A DNA stretch of 64,000 nt from Azolla caroliniana (lineage: Eukaryota > Plantae > Polypodiophyta), in NCBI GenBank assembly GCA_043228905.1, contig JBHGNT010000001.1, positions 14,074,001 to 14,138,000 on the forward strand, given 5' to 3'. Of this stretch, positions 34,342 through 47,873 are shown in pieces. The first letter of the stretch is position 1, and each line of letters begins with the position of its first letter. A model generated the notes under the pieces. It saw only the letters and a list, made by a program, of their open reading frames with translations. It did not search any database and was not told the DNA's origin. The position numbers and the translations under genes are program-made.

Positions 34342-35043
34342 TCAGATAACGTGGTTTTTGTCTTCCTCGAAGAAGGGTTTTGCTTTATTCCAGCGCGACT
34401 TGAGAAAGCGGGCGAGCGATGCACGGCGGCAAGACAGAACGCCGCCCCCCTGTCTTCTCCGGCCCTGCTCATCGTACGCTTCCGGCCGTCCGGACACCAC
34501 GTAACCGCCGCCGTACCCTCCTCTTTCTTCGGGTCCCCCCCTCTTAGTCCCCCTCCCTTCACGGCGCTGAGCGTTAGCGGCGTAATCGCGATCCCTGAAC
34601 TGATCAAAGCCATTGCGAGCCGCTTGACTAGCGTTAATCCCGCCGTTATCTCCCATCCTCTCCTCAATCGCGTGCAGATTAGTGGTAAGGACCTCTTCTC
34701 GGATTGCTTGGCCACCGGCGATTGCCTCCGTATTATTGCCTTGAACACTAATAGGACTCATCGCTTCCATAATGCAGTGATTAGTGTCCCTAGGGACATG
34801 GTCGGAAAGAAGCAGAGCCAGAGCACGTGCCTGGCGCCTTGAGATTCCGTGGAACACGTGGACTCGACCTTCGTAGAAAAACGTGATGGGCAGCGGATCT
34901 TCTTCATGGGTGGATCTGAGCGCAGGATCAGGATGAAGGCGATGATGATGAGGATCATGTGCGCCGCTGATTCGGCTCCATCTACGGTGAGGACTGGTGG
35001 TGGTACGATTACATACCAAGGCATGATCAGAGGAGCTCGCCAT
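34342..35043 (-). CDS. JAZ: TIFY/JAZ-family jasmonate-signalling repressor-like protein, intronless, 233 aa from the ATG at 35043
   Basis: ZIM/TIFY motif ITFFYEGRVHVFHGISRRQARAL; Jas-like LSCRRASLARFLKSR; uninterrupted GC-rich ORF. Confidence 0.85.
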   Translation of the reverse strand: MASSSDHALVCNRTTTSPHRRWSRISGAHDPHHHRLHPDPALRSTHEEDPLPITFFYEGRVHVFHGISRRQARALALLLSDHVPRDTNHCIMEAMSPISVQGNNTEAIAGGQAIREEVLTTNLHAIEERMGDNGGINASQAARNGFDQFRDRDYAANAQRREGRGTKRGGPEERGGYGGGYVVSGRPEAYDEQGRRRQGGGVLSCRRASLARFLKSRWNKAKPFFEEDKNHVI

Positions 35044-35141
35044 CAGTGTGACACGCAAAAAAATAATTTAGAAACAGAAGAGAATGTTTGTTATCAATTC
35101 GGCCTCAGGGGATCCTTTAAATTTCCCACATCATTTTTACG

Positions 35142-35220
35142 CACGTGCGTTTTACGCGCACGCTCACACGCTCTTCTATTCCTCACGTTTTTTATATTTG
35201 GCACTCCATTATGGCACGTG
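35142..35220 (-). promoter_or_regulatory. G-box cluster upstream of the TIFY gene (putative MYC/bHLH sites)
   Basis: CACGTG 35142-35147, CACGTT 35184-35189, CACGTG 35215-35220. Confidence 0.6.
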
Positions 35221-38200
35221 CCACATTGCGTGTTATTGCAATTTGCTACATTCCACCCCCCTTTTCTTCCTTCCTTCCTACCCCAAAAAAAGTGTCCTAG
35301 AGTCCCACTGCCTCACTTTCCACGCCCCTCCATCCCATCCAGGTGAGGGTTTGACCATGTACATACATCATTGAAATCCAGGTCACAACATTTCTCCATA
35401 ATAAACATGAAAAATATGGCCGATGACTTTCGTAACCCTTTCCTTTTTTGGAGGGAAACTCGCCCATCTCATCCACTACTAGTCAAACCCTTTCTCCTCC
35501 CTCTGTCCTATGTGCATGGTGGACGAACAACCATGTCTATCATTTGTGAATTCATATTGAACGATGACAGGCCATTGGTAAATAAATGTTTGTTGCTTCG
35601 AGTTAGCAATCATCCATATTCTACGGCACCATTGTATTTTGTCTTATCACAATCCATAATCATAATGAGTTTTGCCTCATGACAATGGTTGTCCACATGG
35701 AATATAGAACATTATTGATGAAGAAGAATTTTTCTACATGACCATGCGTGGGTGCCCATATGTATTGTTGTTTTGTATAAATTTGCATCAATTTTTGCCA
35801 CAAAATGGTGGCTCATTCACAAAAGTTGTTAGAAGAGTAGTTCACCAAATTCCAAACACTTTATTATCTCATTAAAAGTTGAAATTTGACTTGTTTTTAA
35901 TAATTCAACCTCAAAAAAGAAGCATAGTTGATGCTTCAACAAATATTGATGTCCTTAATGATTATGTGTGCATTGTTGATTCATTCAATCAGGACTTGTA
36001 CATTGTACCTTAATGATTTTGTGTGCATTGTTGATTCATTCAATGAGGACTTGTACATTGTATGTGTTCTTGAAACTTTCTAGTAAATGAACTTACTAGC
36101 AATGATGGTTGCTTCAAACTCATTTGAGGGTATGCCACATTGGAAATGAGGGTGACACAATAAGGCTTACAGTTTTTTATTTTGAGTCGAACATGTGTTA
36201 AACAAATCAGAGATCTATGAGAAGACAAACATTTGTGCTATGGTAGCCCATAATATGAATATGCAATTATATCAATTCTTTCATTTCTAAAGTACGAAAG
36301 GTATGAACAAGGTAAGGAGAGTGGGTCTATGCCTTGTTACACTAGTTTCTATTCCCGAGTTGAAATAGATATACAAGTCCACTATGATAACTTCAATTCA
36401 TTAGCCTAAATGTCATGATGATGAGGACGAAGAATGGTAAAGTTCACTTGGAAAACATGTAGTGTCATACTTGGTTGGTATAGTTATTATTATTATAAGG
36501 TATGCCACTTTTTTCTTTCTTTTGCTATTTGAATGTCCATGTACCAATTTCCATTGTTTTGGACCCACCTACCTCGGATATTGACAGCATAAATGCTTGG
36601 TCCACAAGGCTCAATCTATTTGCCCCCTTATCAAGAGGTAATACACAAAATAATAATACAGCAAAATTCTCTCATTGATTGGAAAATATCAATTGGAGCT
36701 CTTAGGTGATGAATTGAAGTATGTGATCATTGAGGATAGGTTACTAGAGGCATTAATGATGAAGTGACAATATGCTAAATTTGGAATATTACATTGCAAA
36801 TATTAACTTGTGATGTTGGCCCAACCAACGTAAAAATGTCGTAACATATCCAATTACACCTTACTAACGCCATGAGCCATGACTCTTGGAGAGCCTTAAC
36901 ACTTCTTCTAACATACTCAAGTTAAGTGTTGAAGTAGTACCATAACATCATCACCCAAATATGAAGTTATGCAAGCTATGCAATTAAAACCTAGTGGAGG
37001 ATAAATATCACGTACCTTTTTTTTAGTAACACTTTTATTACTAGTGGGAAACCTCAAAGTGAGGTAAAAACCTGCAAAGAATAAAGAGAAGTATACAAGT
37101 GTCGATTAAACACTAAAGAGCTTAGAAACACTCAAAGTAAAGAGTGTAAATTTGTAGCATGATGTCTCTGTATTGTAGACAATTAAATAGAAATAGCCTA
37201 AGGGCTTACTTAAAGAAGTTAACTTCATGCAGTTGGTCCAGAGTGCCCAAAATCTTGTCCATTCGAGAAAATATGGCATTGCTGGATAGGGCACACAGAA
37301 TTTGTCCAAATAACCAAAAGTAGTTCCCAAGCCTTCGGCTAGGAAATTTGTGAGAAAGAGATATACTTAGTGTCTGTACACATAATGTAGTGAATGAACA
37401 AATCCATAATAAGTGTGAGATTGTTTAAATATCACTTATCACATGCTTAGCACACAAGGTAATTCGTGAGAAATATGAGGACTAATTAGACGGGCATAAT
37501 AATGAAAATGTCATACTCAAATTTCCACCAAGAATGATGAGCACATAGAGAATTTTGACTACAAGGTAGTAGTACCCCCCTTCTCAGTAGGGATTTGAAT
37601 TGAAATTTGGGTGAAAAATAACCTCATTAAGCGTAAAACATCTCTTTTATTTTATTTTGTCTTCTTATCCTAGTGGTAATTTGTTAGAATATTACTCTCG
37701 GGCCTTATATTCAAGGCTCAACTTTCACACTTTCTTATTGCACTATACTTATTTTTTTCTTGATTTGCTAGATGTCATTGTGAACTATAGGTCATGATGA
37801 CTCTTTGTCTCCATCAAATAACCTTAACAACTTTGTAAACTATAGGATATGATAACTCTCTTGTCTACATTAGGTTCAAGGCTTAACTTTTACACCTTTA
37901 TATTATATTACACATGTTTTTTCTTAATATACTAGATGCCATTGTAAAATGTAGCGGTTGCACACAAGACCTTCTAGTATATGCCCGACAACCTTACGAA
38001 TTGAGTTACATCCATCTAAGGTCTCAACTTTTAGACCTCTCTATTATACTATACACATTTTTTAGCTTAATTTATTGGATGCCATTGTTAAATTTTGGTT
38101 GAACACTTGGCCTTTTGGTCTCCTTCAAACAATGTCACCAACTTAGCCAAGAATACATTTAAGGAGGACATAAGGAGGCGGGATGTGAGTGTAAGTAGAA

Positions 38201-38499
38201 CATTATCAGCACAATAAGTTGTGATTAGTGATGGTGTGGTGATGTTGTCTCTAAGTCACCTATTATGCATGTGCTTATTGCAAATTCTATATGTTTATGG
38301 CCCAACACTAATGGATGTCCATGTAAAACACACAAAGGAACTAGTGTGATGACTATGTGCTACTTTCCAAAGACACTTGGGATCAAATATGGAAATTCAT
38401 ATTTGGTGAATGGATTGGAATTCGATCATAGAACTTTATGTATAGACCTCAAATATATGAAAAGGTTTGAGTGTGAATAGGTCGTTGAAGCTATCAAAC

Positions 38500-40100
38500 A
38501 ACTATACTTGTGCATAAATTTTGATCAAGCACCCGATATTCCAAGAGGATGTACTATTACAACATGGTGCACCACTGGAATGAAAATGGGAAGCTTCTCA
38601 AGTAAAACATTTTAGCATGCATAAAAAATGCTTTTCGTCAAAGCACATACCTTGCAAAGGCATCAAGGAATGTAGTTAAATAAAAAATAGTTTGATAATG
38701 AATTCCATGAAGCTCAAAAGTTCCGTATTGCAAGTTTGGATGTTATCAAGGGTAAGTAAAATTATCAAAAGCATTTGCACGAATACAAACCACTTATTCA
38801 AAAGAGAAGAATATGTGACATTACTCAATAGGTTCTCCAAACAAGAAGAAAACATGTGCATGTGATAAATTTCTAGGAAACCTAAGGGGAAACGAGTTGA
38901 GAGTTATGGTGACTTAGCTCTTACGAACATATCTATAAATGATAGGAAGTTATATGAGAAGTATTTAACTATTAGAAATATGATTTGTTATCGTACTCTT
39001 TCACAAATGCCTCCCTTCTTTATGGTTGAAGATGTAGATATATGGCTTCAAAATTTAGCATCCCAAAAGGAATGAGATGTTCAATTTATAAAGATTGGAA
39101 TGTTGAAATGGTAGGAAAAGATGCACATGGATCGATAAGGTGTATGGTAATCATGCATTGCAAATCATTTAAGCAATTATTGGGCAATCATGGTTGGCTC
39201 ACTTACAAAAAAAGATTGGATGCATAATGGAATCATATTTTTTTAATACAACTATTTGTATTAAGCAAGGCATCCGACTCTCCCTCAATATGTTTGGGCT
39301 ATGCATTCATAAATTAAAATAAATTATTGCAAAGTTTGTAAAGGAAGAAGACATTGAAGCGGGTATCATTGAGAATGTTTTCGTCGTGCTTTTGTTGTAC
39401 ACAAATAATGTGTTGCTTTTTACAAATACTTTAGCAGACGCACAAAAGCGTATGAGGACATTGATAGAGTTTTACATGCGTAGCAAGTTAACTATTAATT
39501 GTTCTAACATGAAGATTATGCATTGAAGGGCTAAAATAAGGAAGAAGTCATGCATTATGTGCAATAATGAGCCACTTGAAATTATGGAAAGATTTAAATA
39601 CATTAGCATTGAAATTCCCTTGAGTCATTAATGGAATGAATGTGGTAGAAACTATTTAAGAGTAGAGAAGGGAGTGTGTTATGAATTTGAGAATAAATGC
39701 AATCATGGCAAAATGAAACGTTGTGTCGTCAATAAGTAACTCTTCGATACTTTGGTGACATTGATGTTTCTATATGGGGTGGAAGTATGGGAAAATAATA
39801 TATAAGTCCACCTAGAAAGAGTTTGAAAATGTCCAAAAGCGTTCTCTTACAAAAAAGTTGTAGGTCAAGAACAAAAACCTTGCATCCTCCTACTTCTTGA
39901 GACGAGATCACTTCCCTTTTGAAATGATCACCATGGGAAGGGCTATTGAATACAGGGAAAGTGTTTAGAGAAGTCCAATTACATCCACTTATTAGAATCA
40001 CATGGGTAGCAACCAAAATGATCCAAAAGACACAAAAAAGCAAAATTGTTGTGTTTTAGCTTGATGCGAGGTGCAAGAAAACGGTTTGGAATATGAGATG
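38500..40100 (+). pseudogene. Highly decayed LINE reverse transcriptase
   Basis: IKQGIRLSLNMFGLCI (~39260), LLLYTNNVLL resembling YADD (~39390), ERFKYISIE resembling YLG (~39590). Confidence 0.65.
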
Positions 40101-40437
40101 CAACACACTTGCCTCATGATGCATCATTGAATTTCTCTATAATTGAGTCATTGTAATGGTAATATATGATGAAATGGTAAAAATGTGGATGATGCTTATG
40201 CTTCACACATTTTACTACATATGTTCTTGGGAAAATGGGGCGTGAAAATTCTAATTTACAAGCATACACAACAAATGTGAAATCGTTTTCTTTTTCCCTT
40301 AAGTTCCATTTATTAGAATATGGGAATGAAATTACAAAAAAAACCAATCCTTAAATGAAATTGACCATGCTTTCCACACATCTCGATCAAACCCAATTGT
40401 AAAGAATCAAATGTGATTCTATGCGGTGGAAGAGATA

Positions 40438-40455
40438 TGTGTGTGTGTGTGTGTG

Positions 40456-40506
<51 letters not shown>
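40438..40506. repeat. Compound (TG)n/(GA)n microsatellite
   Basis: Seen directly. Confidence 0.95.
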
Positions 40507-40512
<6 letters not shown>

Positions 40513-41086
40513 GCATGTATACAAAAAACTAGAAAACTGTATATTAATAAGAATGACCAACTAACTATGCAAAGAGGAATAGAAGGTGCTTATGTAGTCA
40601 CCTACTCTTTATATTCTCTTATTACAATCGCCTCTTGGGAAAGAGGTGGAGACTTAACTACCTACTATGTGTCATAGGAGTTAAGTTGTATGACACATTA
40701 GTTATGATACAAAGTAGTGGTGGTGTGTCCACACACTTATGGTCTTAGGATTTGTTCACACCATAGTGAAGTTGAGTTTGATTCTGAAGACCAATCCTTG
40801 CATGAATTTCTTTCACGGTTAGAGTGTGAGCTTTCAATTGAACATTGAGTATCGCTACTCACATTCACACTTATTACGTGCAAATGTAATTATATATTTG
40901 GTTTTGTAGTCCATATTTGTCTTACAAAGACGATAATAAAATCTCCCCCTTTTCTTTGTAATATATTAATTGCAAAATGTAGAACTGGGATGAGTCAGGA
41001 CAATCTTAATTGGTAACTTTCTCTTCTTGATAACCTATTTTGTAATGATTTCTAGGATTAATTTAATTATCCCCATTTAATGCCTT

Positions 41087-41886
41087 TGTTGAGCGCGCAA
41101 GCTCAATCGGATCCAGATCGGCTGGATAAGCCAAAGCCGGATCGTATCCGGATCAGTGTTCAGATAGTATCCGGAACTAGGAGCCGCATCGAGATCGGGG
41201 ACCCGGATCGAAGAGCCAGACCCACGTGTGTATTGGTAGGCCGTTTAGAGGTCTATGCTTCTAGAATACTAGGTAGTCATGGTCCTTGTAGTTAATGTCA
41301 GCCGCTCGTATGAGCATTGAAGTACATAGTACTTCTGTCAGTTCCTTGTGGACTTGTATAAAGAGTGCTCACTGAGCACATCCTATGTGCTATAATAGAA
41401 CAAAGCCCGATTATGACTAGGGTTAGTGGGCCACAAGAGCCTCCGAGCAACCCAAGCACATCTCGGTCGAGTCCGAAATGGACAAAGGGAAGAAGGAAAA
41501 AATCTTGAAGATGAGTATGAAGATCCAGACGACAACGAATCGACTCCCTCACTCGGTAGTGAGTTCGAAAGCCTTGATGCTACGATTATGCAAACAAATG
41601 GAGTAAAGAAATCCATAGCTATCACAAACAAGAAAGTCTGTCGTTCCACTCGAGAGAGAAACTTGGTCAACCGATTCGGTTACGATGACTACATGGCATA
41701 TCACTATGCCTTTATGGTGAAGGTGGCGACAATTTGAGAACCAGAAACTTTTTCCAAGGCAGACAAGAATCCACAATGGGTTGAAGCCATGAATGAGGAG
41801 ATGTAGGTGCTATGCATGAATGAGACATGGGATCTCATCCCCCACTCAACACACAAGAAATGGATGTGGAGGACGCATTTTCTTCA
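41087..41886 (+). mobile_element. Truncated copia LTR (from 41087) joined to a copia INT-RT linker fragment
   Basis: TGTTGAG start; RRSTRERNLVNRFGYDDY..EPETF..WVEAMNEEM..NETWDL. Confidence 0.7.
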
Positions 41887-42440
41887 AGGAACACGTTTGC
41901 GTTCACAAGTCGAAGGATTGCGCACAAATGGAAGGATAAGGAATATTCCAGCTGATTTTGGGGATTTTTTGTCCATTTCACAAAACATCTTGATACCAGT
42001 ACCACATGTTCTTGAAAACTTGATGAAAAAGCTAAAATTTTCACCATTTGATAAAATTGAAAATTGCCAAATTTTGCCCAAATATGAAATGTAACTTTGT
42101 GTATTTTTAAGGAAACATTACAACTAGTATTTTAGATCCTAACGAAGTCATCAACGAAAAATTTCAAAACAATCAACTGTTTTATTTCATTCAATAAAAT
42201 GTTGTCTAAATTTGTTACATATCGTTGCACAAAAAATACATTTAGGAGTTATTTGCATTACTATCATCATTCCTTTCATGAGAATCACTACTATAGCTAA
42301 TATACAATTGTGACTCTTCCTCCTCATTTTCAAATGTACCAATCAAATCATAGTCTTCACCAAATGGTGTCTCCAAATTGTGTGCACTAAATCTTGTTCG
42401 CCTGTAATCTGCGATATCTTTGGTAATATCTCTTTGTGAA

Positions 42441-42900
42441 AGTTAATATGCGAAAACTTTGACAAAACCGGTTACACCGGATAACAACAGAGAATAAACA
42501 CAGTTTTAATGGAAACTTAGTATACACAGTTCACGGGAGAGATAGAGAGAGCATAATAGCATGAACTCAATTCAAAATAATAACACTCTGTACATACAAT
42601 GTGCTCAGTGAGCGCTTTTATACAAGTCCATAAAAGGACTGACAAGTACTTCAATGCTCCTACGAGCGACTAACACTGACTCCTAAAAATATGCCTACGT
42701 ACTAGGCTAGATTCGTAGCCCTTTAACGGCCTACCGGTTGCAATCTGATCCGGCTCTCAGATCCGGCTCTTGGTTCCGGATACCATCTAGACACCAATCC
42801 ATTTCTTCGTTCCAGACTCCGATCCAGCTCTGGCTTATTCAGCCGATCCGGATATGGTTTAGCTTGTCCGCTCAACATTCCCCGTCAAGCTCAACTTGAG
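42441..42900 (-). mobile_element. Copia 3' LTR (42441-42877) with PPT, same family as the LTR at 41087
   Basis: ..CTCAACA end; adjacent minus-strand CCTCAAGTTGAGCTTGACGGGGAA matches the PPT context at 60664-60687. Confidence 0.75.
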
Positions 42901-43608
42901 GTCGGATCGTGGTATCAATGTTTGTGTCTACCGGTCCTTGCCTTCGGCTTGGTCCGGGTTCTCTTCCAAGATTAATCAATTAATCCTTCAATCAGGCTTT
43001 GTAAAGACGAGTTTAATCTGACAATCTCGATTGGGTGATCAAAGACCGATTCAAATCCTTTTATTTTATTTTTTGAGGTTTCTTTTTATTAAAGCTCCTT
43101 TAAAGAATAGATATGGTTATAGAAATCCAATCATCGCAGAGGTTTCTCAAATGAATTGGTAACCATCGAGGTGGAGTGGAAATCCCAAGAAGAGTAATAA
43201 TCGTATTAGGGACAAGAAAAATCTCTCCAATCCATGATCGAACCGAAGAGAGTGAGGGGAATCAACCTCCCTTCGGGGGTGTAGATGGCACGTGCAAAGG
43301 GATTCAAGACTACTCAAGAAAGGCATGTTGAAGCTTGAGTAACGAATAACTATTTCTGCATGCATAGATGAATTGATGGGGGTGGGAGCGTTATGTCGTC
43401 CCAAAAACCCATCACACCGTCAAACAAAATTTTAAATTACCCTCAAACAAATTTTTGCGTTTAGATAAAGCTATTTGAGCCGGATGAGGGGAAACATGCA
43501 TGTAGGTGTCAAAACAATTGAATCGGGGTGTTATTCCTCATCCTTTCGGGTTATATTATTTATAACTTTCTCCTGGGATCCGCGTGCCAAAACATGTCGA
43601 TCCACCAC

Positions 43609-43866
43609 CTTGCTAGAGCTGATTTGTCGATCTATTTCTTGTTGAAAATATCCTTGATCCCATTGGTAATGCGAAGGGCCAAACAACTCGATTGGAGTGG
43701 CGGCAGAACCATACCACATGGTTCCAGAAATTACAAAGGCAGCGAAAAAGACTGCAACAATACTGCTAGATAATACGGTTTTGACATTTCCCATACGAAG
43801 AGCTTTATACAATCGTTGTGAGGGACGAACACTAAGGTGAAATAGACCGGCTAATATACCTAGGTA
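43609..43866 (-). pseudogene. psbB: Plastid psbB fragment (NUPT)
   Basis: [45 protein letters not shown]. Confidence 0.92.
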
Positions 43867-44488
43867 TCTCATTTTTGTGTCTTCACACCTAGAATCGCTC
43901 GCTTGCTGGGAAGACGATCACTCGCCCATCCCGGAGGAGATATAACTACTTTTCCACATGAGCCACAATCGGAACCCATGCTGCTACATCCTAAGTATCT
44001 AGGCAAAAAAAAGGCTTTTTCTTCATTGGTACTACTATTCCGAAGAAAAGATTTACTCGCGAGAGAGGCGTGGGCTTGCTTGTCAGATCGTGAGAAAATC
44101 CTATGCAAGGAGAGATAATTGAATCATAACCCCCTTGGGAATGATTGATTGTAGGCGAGGAGGGAATCAAATCCCATATAATCTTTTCGGGCTGGATAAA
44201 TGAAGGTCTTGCCGCGGAGAGGCAACGAGTGAGTGATGGAGAAAGTCTAGGGGCTTTCCCCAAACCTGAAGAGAGCCTTCCAGTCAATTTGGGAAGGAAA
44301 AAATGGAATATCGGTGTCGGTTCGATTTTGTTTAACAGGCACATATGTGTATCCATAGAATTCAATGAACTATTCGTACTACAAGAAAAGGAAACATGAA
44401 CGTAAGATGGACTGTCAAATTCTATGTAGTTAGAAAATTTTGGACATGAGGATATGAATGGGTGAAGGACCGAAAATATCATCAACCC

Positions 44489-44938
44489 GTATTATCTAGC
44501 AGTATCGCTGCAGTCTTTTTCGCTGCCTTCGTAATTTTTGGAACCATGTGGTATGGTTCTGCTGCCACTCCAATCGAGTTGTTTGGTCCTATGCGTTACC
44601 AATGGGATCAGGGATATTTTCAACAAGAAATAGATCGACGAATCCGCTCTAGCAAGACTGAAAATCTGAGTCTATTCGAAGCTTGGTCTAAGATTCCAAA
44701 AAAATTAGCCTTTTACGATTACATTGGTAACAATCCGCTAAAGGTGGATTATTCAGAGTAGGTGCAATGGAGAACGACGATGGTATAGTTGTAGGTTGGT
44801 TAGGCCATGCTATTTTCAAAGATAAGGGGGGTCATGAGTTGTTCGTACGCCGGATACCCACCTTCTTCAAAACATTTCCAGTAGTCTTGGTAGATGGCGA
44901 AGGCATCATAAGAGCCGATGTGCCATTCAGACAAGCGG
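44489..44938 (+). pseudogene. psbB: Second plastid psbB fragment (NUPT), opposite orientation
   Basis: [58 protein letters not shown]. Confidence 0.93.
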
Positions 44939-45285
44939 ATAAATAGATAGCCTATTTATCTTCATTTGAGGTAAATTCATCATGACAACGTCCTATCTGC
45001 CCTCCACTTTTGTACCCTTAGTAGGCTCATTATTTCCAGCAATTACAATGGCTTTTCTGTTTCTCTACATAGAGTGTGATGAAATCCTCTAATTCTTTCT
45101 GTTAGATATCGACGTCATGACTTGAAATATTGCATAATCCCATTAGAGGAACAATTTCTAAGCTATTTTTATAGAATTATTATTAGGAAATCTGAATATT
45201 TTACATTGGTTTTACTATTAAAGTCAATAACATTTCTTTTCCAAAACCAAGGGGGGTCTAGCACGTATATTTTGGAGCTTTGCGA

Positions 45286-45455
45286 ATGAAAGTAGCTGTT
45301 TATGGTAAAGGTGGAATCGGAAAGTCAACGACCAGCTATAACATATCCATAGCTTTAGCAAGGCGAGGGAGACGAGTATTATAGATAGGATGTGATCCAA
45401 AGCATGATGGTACTTTCACACTCACAGGTTTTTCAATACCTACAATTATAGATTT
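45286..45455 (+). pseudogene. chlL: Plastid chlL 5' fragment (NUPT)
   Basis: [55 protein letters not shown]. Confidence 0.93.
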
Positions 45456-46242
45456 TTTGTAGGGCCCTCCTTTGAACATTTCGAGTTGGCTCCTAATAAA
45501 TATGCAATTTCTCGTTTCATCTCAACTTTCCCAGTCATTTTAGATACAATATTTAAGTATTGGATTTTTCTTCATTTGAATCGTACATCCCCCTCCATTG
45601 TAGCGACTCATCACACAATGAATGAATGAAGATTCTAAAAACTAATCCGCGTGTGACGACAAACGATGAATTGGACGCATTTTTCGTAACGATCCAACCC
45701 ACCTATCCCATGCTTCTTAGCCATTCACTAATAATTGAAGGAATGAGCTGAGAAAGAGGATAAGTACCAATGGATTTTAAATTGAAATAAGGGAAGTACA
45801 TTTGTATGCAGGGTCCAAAAAAAGTTTAAATATCTGGATGGGACCAATCTCTACATTGCTATATAAAGAAAGTAGATGCTAGAATATCAATGTCTTTCTC
45901 ATTCCTATTAGGAAGATTTTTAGCCTCTCCAATACAACTTGATTCGTTCGATCGAGTTGGTGGTGGGAGGGGGGTGGATACGGGTATCTACAAGCAAACA
46001 AAGAACGATATTTGTTTTAAGACGAAAATCATCTAATAAAAAACCAACTGAGTTAAGATATTTCAGAAAAAAAATGCTTTTTTGATTCTTCGTAGAGGAT
46101 CGATTCCCGAAGAAGATATAAAAGGTTTCATCACATTGTTGCGTTGCAGAAGGAGATTAGTTGGGACGATTGCTTTTCATACAAACAAATATTTTTTTTT
46201 GTATAATTGATATTACTTATCAAGATAGTAGTAATGGATATA

Positions 46243-46304
46243 ACATCCATGGCTGAACGGTTAAAGCACCCAATTCATAATTGGCGAATTCACAGGTTCA
46301 ACTC
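46243..46304 (+). tRNA. trnI-CAU: Truncated plastid trnI-CAU pseudocopy (NUPT)
   Basis: CATCCATGGCTGAACGGTTAAAGCACCCAATTCATAATTGGCGAATTC..GGTTCAA; 3' acceptor arm missing. Confidence 0.8.
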
Positions 46305-46597
46305 AGGCGTCAATGGGAACATTAGACTACTCGTGTGTATGAAAACCTTCACAGCCTATCGAGGAGGCCGTAACAACGGGAGCAGGGGAACCCACCCCAT
46401 TATTCATCCCTCAGGATAGAATTATACTCTTAGCCTGTTCCGACCTGAGGAAGTAAGCTCATGGGATGGGTCCTGCCTCACCGCCGGGATAGAATCCCAT
46501 CGGTTATATTATGAATTTTCCCGTTTCCAGGTTTGGATTGGTGACTATAAGACCACAATGCCGAAAAAGCATCAACTCTCCCTTAAAAGGAGGTGTT

Positions 46598-46691
46598 TGG
46601 GTCTGTATCTTTTTGGGTTCTCACAACTTTGGCCAATACATTCATAATGATAGCATGAGTGCTTTGGGATGCCCCCAAGATATATTTTCAG
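46598..46691 (+). pseudogene. psaA: Plastid psaA fragment (NUPT)
   Basis: [31 protein letters not shown] resembling [31 protein letters not shown]. Confidence 0.88.
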
Positions 46692-47058
46692 CCCAATTTT
46701 CATTTTTATATTGATTAAAAAGAATATTACCCGGTGGAATCAGAGTATCACCATGTTTGGACATACTGGTTAGTCCTTTTGACCCCAACGGTTGAGCCCT
46801 AAAATAGTTAATTTTTTATGGGTAATTTTTTTGTATTTGGGTGCGGGGGGAATGTATGTGTCCTAACACTAGCTACTGTGACCAATTGTCTGCCTTGGTT
46901 TTATGCTTGTTCCAATCCACAATCTTTTGATTGTGGGTTGGAATTGAGCCGCGTGGTGTGAGGAATTGGAATGCGTCACAAACAAATGATGGATAATTAG
47001 GATTTGAACGATGAGTAGGAGAAATCTAAGCCATAACATCTCCTCTTGCCATAACATC

Positions 47059-47310
47059 TCCCCTTGTAGATATTGATGGTATTCGCGAACCCGTCTCTGG
47101 TTCTTTGCTATACGGAAATAACATAATCTCTGGTGCTATCATTCCTACTTCCGTAGCTACCGGGTTACACTTCTACCCAATTTGGTAAGCAGCTTCTGTT
47201 GATGAATGACTATACAATGGTGATCCCTACGAACTGATCATTCTTCACTTCCTACTTGGTGTAGCTTGCTACATGGGTCATGAGTGGGAACTAAGCTTCC
47301 GTTTGGGTAT
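47059..47310 (+). pseudogene. psbA: Plastid psbA fragment (NUPT)
   Basis: [61 protein letters not shown]. Confidence 0.95.
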
Positions 47311-47873
47311 TGATAGCGTCCAACCAACCAGGTAACCATAAACTCCGACCGGCATTGATTGCTTGACTATCTACCGAGGATAGAAGTACATCAAACCCAT
47401 ACGAAGCTTTATGTTACGGGCATGACCATTTAATATCCCGTGGTGAGAATTTACCGTAGTATTCTATACATGTGGATAAGTGGGAGGGTTAAACGAGAGT
47501 GTAAAGAAGGGGAGGATTACTTTTAATTCTCAGGATTGAGACAACCCATTAGGTCAAGTGTGAACTTGCCTGGGGGCCTTGGGTATCGCTATAAATAAGA
47601 GGCCTAGCTACCCTCATTTGATGATCTTTTGACTACATCGAGACTCTGCTCTTGTGGTGGGTCAATTCTTGTAGCGAGCGCGCCAGCACCAGGTACGACT
47701 CGACGCCACAATGGTGGTATGGGACGCCTATCGAGGCTTGAGTCCGTCTCGATCCCTTCGCTTGGGGGTGGTCGGGTGGATCGACACCCTTCTTTCTCTT
47801 TCTCCTTTCTATCTATCATTAGTTTATCCTTATCTTAAGCTTACTTTAGTACCTAGATCTCTAATATTTACCA
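47311..47873 (+). mobile_element. LTR related to 865-1358, inside the NUPT
   Basis: Shared TATAAATA.GAGGC.TAGCTACCCTCAT and GGGGGTGGTCGGGTGGA; right end uncertain. Confidence 0.6.

Noticed and set aside
34351-35346. Plus-strand ORFs of 163 and 165 aa
   Set aside because: Antisense to the TIFY gene and its promoter; no motifs.
35400-38500. AT-rich region with short ORFs
   Set aside because: No recognisable domain or termini; probably old TE decay or intergenic DNA.
45286-45455. nifH-like nitrogenase gene ([17 protein letters not shown])
   Set aside because: SIALARRG and GCDPKHD.TFTLTG are ChlL-specific, and the context is plastid DNA.
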